From IMG/VR virus record IMGVR_UViG_3300045988_159773: 64,000 nt of DNA, one strand, 5' to 3'. Origin of the DNA: a virus. The position numbers and the translations under genes were made by a program. Positions 42,162 through 51,031 of the stretch are shown here, one piece after another. How positions within the stretch are numbered: position 1 is the first letter of the stretch; each line of letters starts with the position of its first letter. The notes under the pieces are model-generated. The model did no database searches and was not told where the DNA came from. It worked only from the letters and a program-made list of their open reading frames with translations.

Positions 42162-43775
42162 TTAATCAATGGCCTTTGCAACGCCAGACGAAACCTGATG
42201 CCAGCCGTTCTTGGAAAGCTCGCTCTTCAATGCCTCTGGGGTAGTTTCGTTCATCGCGTATTTGTTGTACCCGAACATCCCCTCGCGCATAGAAAACTTC
42301 TTTCCGATGTAGAAATAAAGGTTCGGGTCAATGTTCGACTGCATCACGTAAACTATGGTGTCCCTGCCTGGCTCTTTGGTGGCTACGATACCATCCTTTA
42401 TCGCCGCACGAACTTTTGCCATCGCCTCAGCCGCGCTGTGAGCGCGTGTGTCGAATTTCTTGTCTCCAACGGACACACGAAACGACCTCAGCGCACCCGC
42501 TTTGTCGGCAAAGCAGTCAGAGAATTTGTCTTTGAAATTGTCAGCATAGTCTTCGGACATATCACAGTCCGTACTCTCGAACTTGAACTCGCCCGCTTCG
42601 CTGTCAAACACCACAGAGTCGAGCAGTTTAATCTTGCCCTGATTGATGTTCGTAACGACCTCATCATACGACAGCCGACCGCAGACATTACCATCCGCGC
42701 CGAACTGAACGATGAACTCTCCGCTGTTGATGTCGGGGATAATGCTCTCCACTACGCAAGGCGTTCCGAAGTAACGGATACGCTGACCTACCCGCAGTTT
42801 GTGAGAATCGCCTAGAATCTCTACTCCGTCGCGAATAGAGTCGTTGACCTTACGGATGAACAGCAGTTTGCCGTCCGATCCATTCAAATACGAGTAGAGC
42901 AATTTCGTGCCAGAGAGCAACCGAACGATAACGTCCTTGCCGCGTGCTTCCACGCTCGCCCCTGGGTAGTACGAGCGCAACTCTCCGATGTTGTTGAAAG
43001 AGCTTTTCGCCTCAAAATCTTCAAACTCAGCATCAGAGATAAACATACGTACATTCCTAACTCCGTGCTTCGATGCAAAATCCTTAGCCTCCGCCAAAGA
43101 ATATCCACCGTATACAGTGAGAACGTTAACGATATGTTGCTGCGTCATAGCACCGCTTGGAATACCCTTCAAATGCTCCTTGAGAACCTTGATTGTCTTA
43201 TCAAAGTCCACTTTATCCTTGACGTCAATAGAGTCTCGGATGCGTGCAACACCCGCGCGACCCGCTTCGCAAAGTGCGATATGATTGCCTCGAATATTTT
43301 TCATAATATATTGCCCGTTGACCTCCTCAATATCTGCGGTATAGCCGACAGACAAATCCCGCTTCTTCTTCGTCAGAATCTCGTCAATGACCACAGGGTC
43401 GGTGGCTACGATGTCCGCCATAAGGCATCCATCGAACTCACCCACGCCGCGCCGAATGTTGGTCATAAAACCCTTTTGCAGATAGCTGACCGTCTCGGGA
43501 GTAACGTTCTCTTCGGGGTGGTCGTCTACCAGCGGCTTGTAGTTCATCGACTTCATAGAGATTGGGTCGAACACTTCCTCGGGCGAGCGGTACACCTTCA
43601 CAATCTTATCAGGCGAGCCGTCTTCGATGAGTTCACTCTCACGATAGTCATAATAACCTGTACGCGCAAGAACAACGTTCTCGCATATCAGCTGACCGTT
43701 GTTGTCGCGCCACAGATTGTTGGAAATCTGCTCGCCGTAGATAGTATCTTTTATGCTGTCAGAAAATCTCCTCAT
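42162..43775 (-). CDS. DUF2213-like (prohead scaffold/protease-type) N-terminal domain fused to several small modules
   Basis: The N-terminus (LARTGYYDYRESEL...KVYRSPEEVFDP...PLVDDHPE...DLSVGYTADIE...IRGNHIALCEAGRAG) matches my recollection of DUF2213. Residues about 249-313 are paralogous to the C-terminus of 51507..52376. ATG at 43775 follows GAGGTGG. Confidence 0.55.
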   Translation of the reverse strand: MRRFSDSIKDTIYGEQISNNLWRDNNGQLICENVVLARTGYYDYRESELIEDGSPDKIVKVYRSPEEVFDPISMKSMNYKPLVDDHPEENVTPETVSYLQKGFMTNIRRGVGEFDGCLMADIVATDPVVIDEILTKKKRDLSVGYTADIEEVNGQYIMKNIRGNHIALCEAGRAGVARIRDSIDVKDKVDFDKTIKVLKEHLKGIPSGAMTQQHIVNVLTVYGGYSLAEAKDFASKHGVRNVRMFISDAEFEDFEAKSSFNNIGELRSYYPGASVEARGKDVIVRLLSGTKLLYSYLNGSDGKLLFIRKVNDSIRDGVEILGDSHKLRVGQRIRYFGTPCVVESIIPDINSGEFIVQFGADGNVCGRLSYDEVVTNINQGKIKLLDSVVFDSEAGEFKFESTDCDMSEDYADNFKDKFSDCFADKAGALRSFRVSVGDKKFDTRAHSAAEAMAKVRAAIKDGIVATKEPGRDTIVYVMQSNIDPNLYFYIGKKFSMREGMFGYNKYAMNETTPEALKSELSKNGWHQVSSGVAKAID

Positions 43776-43787
43776 ACCCACCTCTAC

Positions 43788-44405
43788 TTATGCCTGCGTG
43801 TCCACAACAGAGATAGTAACCGTGGTGTATTTTCCATCACGCCCAAGCAAAATTGTCCTCGTCCCGTTCTCAAGCTGCAACCACAGCACGAACGAGCCAG
43901 CCGCAAGACCAACAGTGGTGGCTTCTGTCACGTCCTGTTCCGTCAGTTCCTTGCCTCCGAACGAAGTACCGATGATGGTTGATTCACCAGTAGCAATCGC
44001 GACAGCGAGCCACGCGCGAGGTCCGAGAGTAGCCTCGATCGCATCGTCCGATACGTATTTTACGAGTTTGGAAAAATCCACCTCAATTCTGTAATTGGAA
44101 TCGTCAACCTTCGACATCGTCGCTGCTGCCTGATTGATAACCGCACTGTCGTGAATCTCCGCTTCCGCAGGTATTCCGCTCGCTGGAACGACCGACAGTG
44201 CAAGAGCCGTAAACACGTCAGCTGGTGCAGAGTCGACCTCAACATTGTAAGATCCGCCGAAACGTTCATAAAATAAGGCTTCCTGTCCTTTAACCAGAAC
44301 AGTCATAAAGTCCTTATCCTTAACTCCCAAATCGACGTAAGAACTCTTCATGCGGGTGAGAGTGTCACCCTCGCTACGGTCCATTTTTACGATATATTCT
44401 TTCAT
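43788..44405 (-). CDS. Hypothetical virion-module protein
   Basis: 205 aa with RBS AAGGAAGG. Confidence 0.5.
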   Translation of the reverse strand: MKEYIVKMDRSEGDTLTRMKSSYVDLGVKDKDFMTVLVKGQEALFYERFGGSYNVEVDSAPADVFTALALSVVPASGIPAEAEIHDSAVINQAAATMSKVDDSNYRIEVDFSKLVKYVSDDAIEATLGPRAWLAVAIATGESTIIGTSFGGKELTEQDVTEATTVGLAAGSFVLWLQLENGTRTILLGRDGKYTTVTISVVDTQA

Positions 44406-44417
44406 GATTACCTTCCT

Positions 44418-46067
44418 TTAATTCTTAAACCGCGAAATGCCTTTTGCGATATCAGACGAAGTGGTTGGAGTTGCCGAAATGTAATTGATTTTGTCCCCGC
44501 GAGCCTCGATGACCTTACGATATTTCGCAACGGCTTCATCCTCGCTGTTGGCGTCCACGATTACCGCTACGTTATTTCCGTAAGGGAAATCATTCGTGCA
44601 AGCCGTTACGGTGTACGCCGTGTCCTTCAAAGAGGACACCCGCTTGACAGCCGCCAGACTGTCGGTCGCTTTGACGAGTAGAGTCTTTCCCGTTGCCTTG
44701 TCCACGACCTTGAACATCTTGGTGGAATCCTTTATCTTCCTGTACCCATTCTTCGCCAACATTGTCTTAAACCCAGACACAGATGCCCCGTAAACATCTC
44801 CATCGCGGCTAAACTGCCACTCCACGTTGCCGCTATTCGTAATATTCGTCACAGTCAAAGTCGCTAAGCGAGCATTCTGATACTGCTGCCCCACCTTGAC
44901 ATCTTCACCCGCGTCCACAATCGGAGCATAGATGGTCGCGGCGTCTCTCGCCTCGATGATTCCCTTATTCTTGTACGCTGGGTTCATCTCGAGGAACTCC
45001 TTTACCGCCGCTTCTTTGGAAACCGCCGACCACTCAGCAACCTTATACGAACCAAAAGGTCCCTTGACGTAAATTTTGAACTCCTTCTCTGTTGCATCGC
45101 CTTTATACCCGTTGGCGTACATTGCACGAGTTTGAGCCGCCGCCTCTTTCTTGGTGGCAAACTGACCGTGCGTCCCTTCTTTTCCCTTGTTGGTGTACCC
45201 AGAGCCAGACTTGACGATGTCATCTTCCATTCCGAACGAGGTCTCTGAGTCAAGCAACTTGACCTTGCCCTCCCCAATGAGTTTCTGGAACTGTGCCTCG
45301 GTGAACTGACCGTCCACTGCCGCATTGCCGAACGGAACACCGCCGCCCCAATTGTAAAAACGGTACACGCCCTCGCGCAGTCCATTCTCGTTAGACGTGA
45401 TTTCAAAACCGCGATAAGAGCGACCGCCCTCCTGATAAAGACCGTAAGGGATGCCGTCCATGCTGCGACCTTCGCCGCCGACAATCTTGCCGTCCTTCAC
45501 CTCAGATGTGGAATCCAAAACAGTAAGGGTCACGCTCTTGTCCGAACGCAACTCGTAACACCCCTTGGAATTATTCCAAACCCAGTCCTCATCGCTCATT
45601 GGATTATAATCCTCAAGTCCCTTGTAAAGCACTTCACTTCCGCGCTTCACGACAACGAGGTCGTCCTCATACTCCAAACGACGTCCATCAGCAACTTCGG
45701 TATCACTCATCTTTTTTGCCGTATATTTGAGTTTATAATACGTCTTATCCCCAGCAGAACGTCTATCGTTTCTTCCCTTTGCACGCTCTTTTGCTTCTTC
45801 TTCAGAAAGATTTTCTACAACAAAATAATTTGTCTTTTCTCCGATAGCTCCACCAGATTTCCAAACTCCCCATTTCTCATCAGTAAAAGCGGAGTCGCGA
45901 TAGTCCACGTGCTTGCCCTCTGGCGTCTTGATGACATAGTTGGCATACTCGTTGGGATTGCCGCCCCAACTCTTTATCATGGCTTTCGCCTCTTCCATCG
46001 AGCCAGCGACCGAACCCGTCTTCTCCATGCCGCGAGCCGAATTGATATAAATTTCAAATTTTGCCAT
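44418..46067 (-). CDS. Multi-module protein built from repeated small beta-alpha modules
   Basis: 549 aa. Repeated (F/Y)x(I/V)x(I/V)...(S/T)xx(E/D)A helix units, with modules ending in x-D-(S/T/A). Confidence 0.55.
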   Translation of the reverse strand: MAKFEIYINSARGMEKTGSVAGSMEEAKAMIKSWGGNPNEYANYVIKTPEGKHVDYRDSAFTDEKWGVWKSGGAIGEKTNYFVVENLSEEEAKERAKGRNDRRSAGDKTYYKLKYTAKKMSDTEVADGRRLEYEDDLVVVKRGSEVLYKGLEDYNPMSDEDWVWNNSKGCYELRSDKSVTLTVLDSTSEVKDGKIVGGEGRSMDGIPYGLYQEGGRSYRGFEITSNENGLREGVYRFYNWGGGVPFGNAAVDGQFTEAQFQKLIGEGKVKLLDSETSFGMEDDIVKSGSGYTNKGKEGTHGQFATKKEAAAQTRAMYANGYKGDATEKEFKIYVKGPFGSYKVAEWSAVSKEAAVKEFLEMNPAYKNKGIIEARDAATIYAPIVDAGEDVKVGQQYQNARLATLTVTNITNSGNVEWQFSRDGDVYGASVSGFKTMLAKNGYRKIKDSTKMFKVVDKATGKTLLVKATDSLAAVKRVSSLKDTAYTVTACTNDFPYGNNVAVIVDANSEDEAVAKYRKVIEARGDKINYISATPTTSSDIAKGISRFKN

Positions 46068-47260
46068 TACAGTATACTCCCGTTAACCTGAATTACACGT
46101 GCGCCATGCACCGACTGAAGTGCCACATAGATATACGGAAATCTCTTTGCGCTTCGGTCAGCCGCCGAAATCGCATTGATAGGTACAAAGAACACCTTGT
46201 ACCCCAGCGGCAGAATGTCGCCATTTTGAATAATGGTATACTGCTTTCCGTTGTACGAAATCTTCTTGGTCTCGCCCGTATACGTCGCATCGGTTTCCAA
46301 GAAACCGTTATCAATGTACTTGACCAGCTGAGAGCGAATGGCGTCAATCAGTTTCGACTGCCCTTCCTGCGTCAGCGGCAGTTTGCCGAATAAGAGCTCG
46401 ATGTTGGCGTAGTCGAGGTCACGCTCAATGCGCGCCGCACCGAAGTCGAGCGAGATGGAAATCTTATCAGGCGAGCAATAGTCCCCGCCGATGTTAAGAA
46501 TTCTGTTCGCCACGTTTCCGATGAGATTGTAATACCCATTGTCCGCATCCTGCGTAAGCAGGGCGAAAGTCGTTTGGTCAATGTCCTCGAAGTGATTCTG
46601 ACCAAGCGACTCGGGAGTAAAGTTGTAATCCTGAATGGCGTTTTCGGTGCTGGTATCAACCTGTGAGAAGTACGCGCCGACCAGCAGAGCCGCATCGATG
46701 AGGTCACCAGAGGAAACCAAAGTCGAGTACTTCACCACCGACAGCGTCGTGTTGAGCGAGTTCGTGGTAACGAAGTCCGTCGTGTTTGCAGTAAAGCAAG
46801 CACGCATCGTGTTGAGTGATTTGTTGTCCGTCTCGCTCCATCCGTTGCCCGAACAGAAATTTGCAATGTTGAAAATTTCCGCAGAGGAATACGCACCCGA
46901 TTTCGCAGTCACGCTGTCGCTGAAAACCACAAAGAAGTAGTTGTCCACAACGCGCGTAACCGCACGCATGTCCGCCTTGAAACCGTCCAGCGAGAATACA
47001 CTCGGCGCAACGATACAGAGCGACGTGCCGCCGTTCTTAAAGTATTCAACAACGGACTGACGGATTGCCGCGCTCGTTGCTTGAATCTTGTTGTCGAAAT
47101 CCTCGACCGAATTTACAATGGCAAAATTGCCGCCGCCAATTTCTGGAGTATTCACCGTAACCGATGCAAAGTACACAGTCGTCCTGAAACCAGTAAAGGT
47201 CACAGGCTGGCTGAGTACTTCTATGTTTGCGCCTACGAAATTTTTAATCGAAATGCTCAT
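46067..47260 (-). CDS. Tail sheath-like protein (DUF3383-type pattern)
   Basis: 397 aa. The N-terminal pattern I.NFVGANIEVLSQPVTFTGF...VEYFKNGGTSLCIV resembles sheath/DUF3383 proteins as I recall them. Not verified by a search. Confidence 0.45.
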   Translation of the reverse strand: MSISIKNFVGANIEVLSQPVTFTGFRTTVYFASVTVNTPEIGGGNFAIVNSVEDFDNKIQATSAAIRQSVVEYFKNGGTSLCIVAPSVFSLDGFKADMRAVTRVVDNYFFVVFSDSVTAKSGAYSSAEIFNIANFCSGNGWSETDNKSLNTMRACFTANTTDFVTTNSLNTTLSVVKYSTLVSSGDLIDAALLVGAYFSQVDTSTENAIQDYNFTPESLGQNHFEDIDQTTFALLTQDADNGYYNLIGNVANRILNIGGDYCSPDKISISLDFGAARIERDLDYANIELLFGKLPLTQEGQSKLIDAIRSQLVKYIDNGFLETDATYTGETKKISYNGKQYTIIQNGDILPLGYKVFFVPINAISAADRSAKRFPYIYVALQSVHGARVIQVNGSIL

Positions 47261-47697
47261 TCGTCACCCTCCTCGAACGTTACCACGCCAGCCAAGAAAT
47301 TGAACGTACGGCTGCCCACAGATTCCGAAACCGTGTTGTCGGGAATCTTGTCGGGGAACACCCCACTGCCGTAACCCTGAATGTTACCAAGCAGGTCGGT
47401 GACCGTGATGGTGCTTTCAGCCAGATTTGGATTGGCTTCGCACCAATTTATAAACTTCGTCAACCTTGCGATTAACGAGCTGGACTGTGAAATCTGAATG
47501 TTGAAACTCCCCGTCCTATTCTTCGTATAGCCAGCAACGTAACCACCATCGGGTGAACCCTGCATGGTGAAAGCCGCATTACCGCGCGACATCGTAACCT
47601 GACCGACAAGATGACCATTCCCGCCGACCACGATTTGCTCGTAATTTGGATTATTGATGGTCAACGAAACCGTGGATAATGAAACTATCTTTGCCAT
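47257..47697 (-). CDS. Tail tube-like protein (DUF3277-type pattern)
   Basis: 146 aa. GSPDGGYVAGYTKNRTGSFNIQISQSSS..ARL and ITVTDLLGN...FPDKIPD fit my recollection of DUF3277. Preceded by GTTATTTTAATCAAGGAG. Confidence 0.45.
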   Translation of the reverse strand: MAKIVSLSTVSLTINNPNYEQIVVGGNGHLVGQVTMSRGNAAFTMQGSPDGGYVAGYTKNRTGSFNIQISQSSSLIARLTKFINWCEANPNLAESTITVTDLLGNIQGYGSGVFPDKIPDNTVSESVGSRTFNFLAGVVTFEEGDE

Positions 47698-47731
47698 AAT
47701 TATCTCCTTGATTAAAATAACACATATTTTC

Positions 47732-48190
47732 TTAAGTTGTAATCAGTCCCACGAATCCTCTGTTCATGACCAGATTTACCAACCGCCGACCGTACCCAGT
47801 ACCGAGCCAGTATCCAGCCCAACCGTCCTTAGCCCCCATCGGCATCGTGTAATCAATATCATAATTATACGAAACCGCGCCAATCGTTCGGTTGGACATC
47901 ACGCCGCCGACCGCAGAATCCGCATCCGTTGACTGTGCAAATTCTGGAAGAGTCTGCACTATGAAGTGCGCGACCGCCAGACAGATTGCCTCGTCATAAT
48001 CCGTTTGCAGGATATTTGCGTTCAGCCGCTCCTGACTCTTTTGAATTGCCTTGTCGAGTAGGGGTCGGAGTGACTTCTCTTTGAGTACCCACGCCAATTT
48101 AGGAATATAGATTTTGAAGTCCTCTTCGCTGAATTTTGGCGGTTCAGTGGGTGGCGGCAAGCCGTTCAAATTTCCGATGTAAAACATCAT
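47732..48190 (-). CDS. Head-tail adaptor-like protein (DUF4054-type pattern)
   Basis: Start MMFYIGN at 48190 (ATGA overlap, RBS GGGAGGG). DYDEAICLAVAHFIV...GGVMSNRTIGAVSYNY resembles DUF4054. Confidence 0.45.
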   Translation of the reverse strand: MMFYIGNLNGLPPPTEPPKFSEEDFKIYIPKLAWVLKEKSLRPLLDKAIQKSQERLNANILQTDYDEAICLAVAHFIVQTLPEFAQSTDADSAVGGVMSNRTIGAVSYNYDIDYTMPMGAKDGWAGYWLGTGYGRRLVNLVMNRGFVGLITT

Positions 48191-48747
48191 ACCCTCCCAA
48201 GCCATACGATAAAGAATGGCGTAAGCACTATCAGTGCGTAAATCAAAAGAGCCAGCAACAGCACAAGCCACGTCTTCTTGACCACCACCCGAATCTTGTA
48301 CACGAAAAACGTGATAGGAGCGACCAAGAAAAATCCGATGGTTACGATGTATAGCGTGTTGAAAAACCATGACCACGCCTTCATCAGCATCACGCTGCTC
48401 TTGTTCGTTGTTTTCTCGTCATATCCGAAGTACGAACACGCCGCCTCATTCGCTTCGAAAAACGCCTTCTTGTCCGCTTTGTCTGCTTTGCTCTTTGCAA
48501 CCTTGAGGTGCGTATCAATTACAGAGTCAGCCGTCTCCAGAATCTTCTCTTTGACACCCTCGTCGGTCTGCACCTTGTGGACAATTCCTGCTTGCAATAC
48601 CGTCTCAACGAGGTCAGCCGCCTTGTCCACTTCGACAGGCGGCGCGGCGGGAGTAGAGTTCTCGTCCTTCGAGAAAAAGTAGTTTGGAACCGCTGGCGTA
48701 GTTTGCGCAGTCTCCTCTTTCGGTATCAACTCATTCGGTTCACTCAT
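48187..48747 (-). CDS. Membrane protein with C-terminal transmembrane segments
   Basis: WSWFFNTLYIVTIGFFLVAPITFFVY and WLVLLLALLIYALIVLTPFFIVWL. ATGA overlap with the portal stop. Confidence 0.55.
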   Translation of the reverse strand: MSEPNELIPKEETAQTTPAVPNYFFSKDENSTPAAPPVEVDKAADLVETVLQAGIVHKVQTDEGVKEKILETADSVIDTHLKVAKSKADKADKKAFFEANEAACSYFGYDEKTTNKSSVMLMKAWSWFFNTLYIVTIGFFLVAPITFFVYKIRVVVKKTWLVLLLALLIYALIVLTPFFIVWLGRV

Positions 48748-50342
48748 TTCTTACCACCTTCGAACAGAGAATTATAGTCCGTTCGTTTTGTATTCGTTGC
48801 GATTTTACGCTCTTCGTCTCTCGCTTCGTCCTCCCCACCTTCGTCCTGCGGCTCTTCTTCCGCTGCCTTGTCCGCGCGGCGGCAGAGTTCCAAGTCTCGG
48901 TCTTCAAGGTGGAGTCCGAACCCAGTCCTCTTCGATGCTGACTGCAACTCGAGGAACGCCGACTCGTGCGTCATCACACCCGCATCCATCAGTTCGATGA
49001 CTGCATCTTTGATGCTCGTCAGCTCTTCCTGCTTCGCTTTCTCCGTCCTGTCGTACAGAGGAATAAAGTCGAAGTCAAAGTCCTCCATCAGCTCCGTACC
49101 CGTAACCTTTGCGCCGAGAATGAGCAATTTGCGTACATTCTTGTAAAGCATCTCATTCTGCCGCACGCCAATAAAGTTCTCGTACATTCTCGCCTCTGGA
49201 CTCTCTTCGGAATTGAAAACACCCGTCTTCAAATCGCCGAACAGGTAGAACAGCGGCATATTGAACGCACCCGCAACAATCGGTCTGTTTGCGTCGATGA
49301 GCTGCGACAGCCCCGAAAAGTTCATCTCGTGCTTTTGGTAGTCGTCTGATGCGTCCAACAGCGCAACCCCATTGGAGCTACGGAAACTGTTGATAGCCGC
49401 CATCTGACCAGACAGTACCGCGCTTGCCGCCGCATTGCCTCCCGCCAGACCAGTCATAACACTGCGAAGTCCTTGCAGTTTGATGATTTCGACTAAGGCT
49501 TTGTTCACCAGCGATGCCGAACTGTTCTTCACGTTGGAATAGTTCATAAGGTCTTGCAGAACCGCCTCAACCTCAGAAACACCCCAGCCCATCAACTGGA
49601 CTTCAACTAGCCGCACGCTTCTCTTATTCACCCAGCGCAGAACGCGAGTATGGTGCACCTTTACAGACTCGCCCACTCCATCAATCTGGAAATTGTAAAA
49701 CTTCGGCTCGCCGAACGCTGGGTCTTGAAAGTCATCAACCTTCTCCGTGCTTTGCTCCACTCCATACCAACGGTCAGTAGTGTAAAAGTTGACACGCGAA
49801 CCCTTCTTCACTCGGTCAAGTTTCAACGGTTTTGAAAGGTCTTTCTCGCCGTCGTCAACCATCATTAAAGTGACAGCACCGCCGAACAGTCTCGCTTGCT
49901 CGGTGGCGTAAATCATTTCAGAGTTTTGGCGGGCGAACCAAGTGTATAGGTTCTTCAATTTGTTCGGGTCTTCCTGGTCTCGAATTTCGACACCACGCGC
50001 CCACATATCCTCAGCGACCTTGTCAACGCCTTTGCGTAATTCCCAGCACGAATGGTAAAGCGCGGTGAGCTCCGAACGATTGAACGTAATCATGTTCATA
50101 TCGTAGTAGCCCGCCATCGTGTTCGCCGCGAACGTTCCAGTCTTTTGAATAGGGTTGCCGAAATAGCCGTCAGCCATCTGAGCTCCAGCTACCACACCCT
50201 TTGCAACTGCGTCGTTGAGAGCCACCTCCATATCATGACCAGCCTGTTGCTGGGAATTCTTAGAGATTGTCCCGCTCACCGAGATGGACTTATCTTTTGA
50301 CCGTGCAATATTCGCGTCCGCTACCTTGTCTTTTATATCCAT
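48744..50342 (-). CDS. Portal protein (DUF1073-type pattern)
   Basis: 532 aa with an acidic C-terminal tail. Size, position and overall pattern (..LFGGAVTLMMVDDG.., ..WGVSEVE..) suggest a portal. Not verified. Confidence 0.65.
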   Translation of the reverse strand: MDIKDKVADANIARSKDKSISVSGTISKNSQQQAGHDMEVALNDAVAKGVVAGAQMADGYFGNPIQKTGTFAANTMAGYYDMNMITFNRSELTALYHSCWELRKGVDKVAEDMWARGVEIRDQEDPNKLKNLYTWFARQNSEMIYATEQARLFGGAVTLMMVDDGEKDLSKPLKLDRVKKGSRVNFYTTDRWYGVEQSTEKVDDFQDPAFGEPKFYNFQIDGVGESVKVHHTRVLRWVNKRSVRLVEVQLMGWGVSEVEAVLQDLMNYSNVKNSSASLVNKALVEIIKLQGLRSVMTGLAGGNAAASAVLSGQMAAINSFRSSNGVALLDASDDYQKHEMNFSGLSQLIDANRPIVAGAFNMPLFYLFGDLKTGVFNSEESPEARMYENFIGVRQNEMLYKNVRKLLILGAKVTGTELMEDFDFDFIPLYDRTEKAKQEELTSIKDAVIELMDAGVMTHESAFLELQSASKRTGFGLHLEDRDLELCRRADKAAEEEPQDEGGEDEARDEERKIATNTKRTDYNSLFEGGKK

Positions 50343-50380
50343 TCTAAGTCCTCACTAAATAATATAACGGCTTCGGTTCC

Positions 50381-51031
50381 TTACTCGTACAGTTTCCGCA
50401 TCTCTGCAATAAACCTCTTCTTGGTCTCCTTGAACTTCTTCAAGTCAAAGCCGCACAGACCATACATGCCATCAAACGAAAAGTTGTTCGCTACGAACAG
50501 CCGCCCGAACAGCACAAGGTCAGCGTCCTCCAATTCATCAATCATATCGTACACGTTGGAAAGGCTCTCGTTATATTCTGCTTCTGAGCCAGTGCCCAGC
50601 ACCTTCTCCTCAAAGTTCGAGTAGTCCTGCTCGTCCGCGTCCTCATCTTTGACCAAGTCGCCTATCAATAAAAATGATTGCTTCTCCGCCTTGATTGAAT
50701 TGTTGATGCGAATGTTCTTCACCATCAGTTGAAAGTATGAAAAGAGTTGCCCGTCAGACTCAAAGTACGGAGCAACCTCAGCCAGAACGCACCGAGAAAT
50801 CAACTTGTGCGCATACAGATATATATCAGCCTCATCGTCATCCGTCCCTCTCACATAGTGGTTGGTAACCCTTACATACGGTGCCTCGAACCGCTCCCAC
50901 ATTTGCCGCTTCTTTATTTTTCCGTTAGGTTGAACCTCATCATAATAAGAGTTGAGAAACTCAGACACCGCCTCAGGTGTCTTTGGCAGATTATATATTT
51001 TATTTACAAATTCATTTTGAAAAACCGCCAT
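50381..51031 (-). CDS. Sigma-like two-domain protein (possible late transcription factor or small terminase)
   Basis: LFSYFQLMVKNIRIN is region-2-like, and the C-terminal DLVLFGRLFVANNFSFDGMYGLCGFDLKKFKETKKRFIAEMRKL is region-4/HTH-like. The start codon sits inside a 30-nt perfect palindrome. Confidence 0.35.
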   Translation of the reverse strand: MAVFQNEFVNKIYNLPKTPEAVSEFLNSYYDEVQPNGKIKKRQMWERFEAPYVRVTNHYVRGTDDDEADIYLYAHKLISRCVLAEVAPYFESDGQLFSYFQLMVKNIRINNSIKAEKQSFLLIGDLVKDEDADEQDYSNFEEKVLGTGSEAEYNESLSNVYDMIDELEDADLVLFGRLFVANNFSFDGMYGLCGFDLKKFKETKKRFIAEMRKLYE

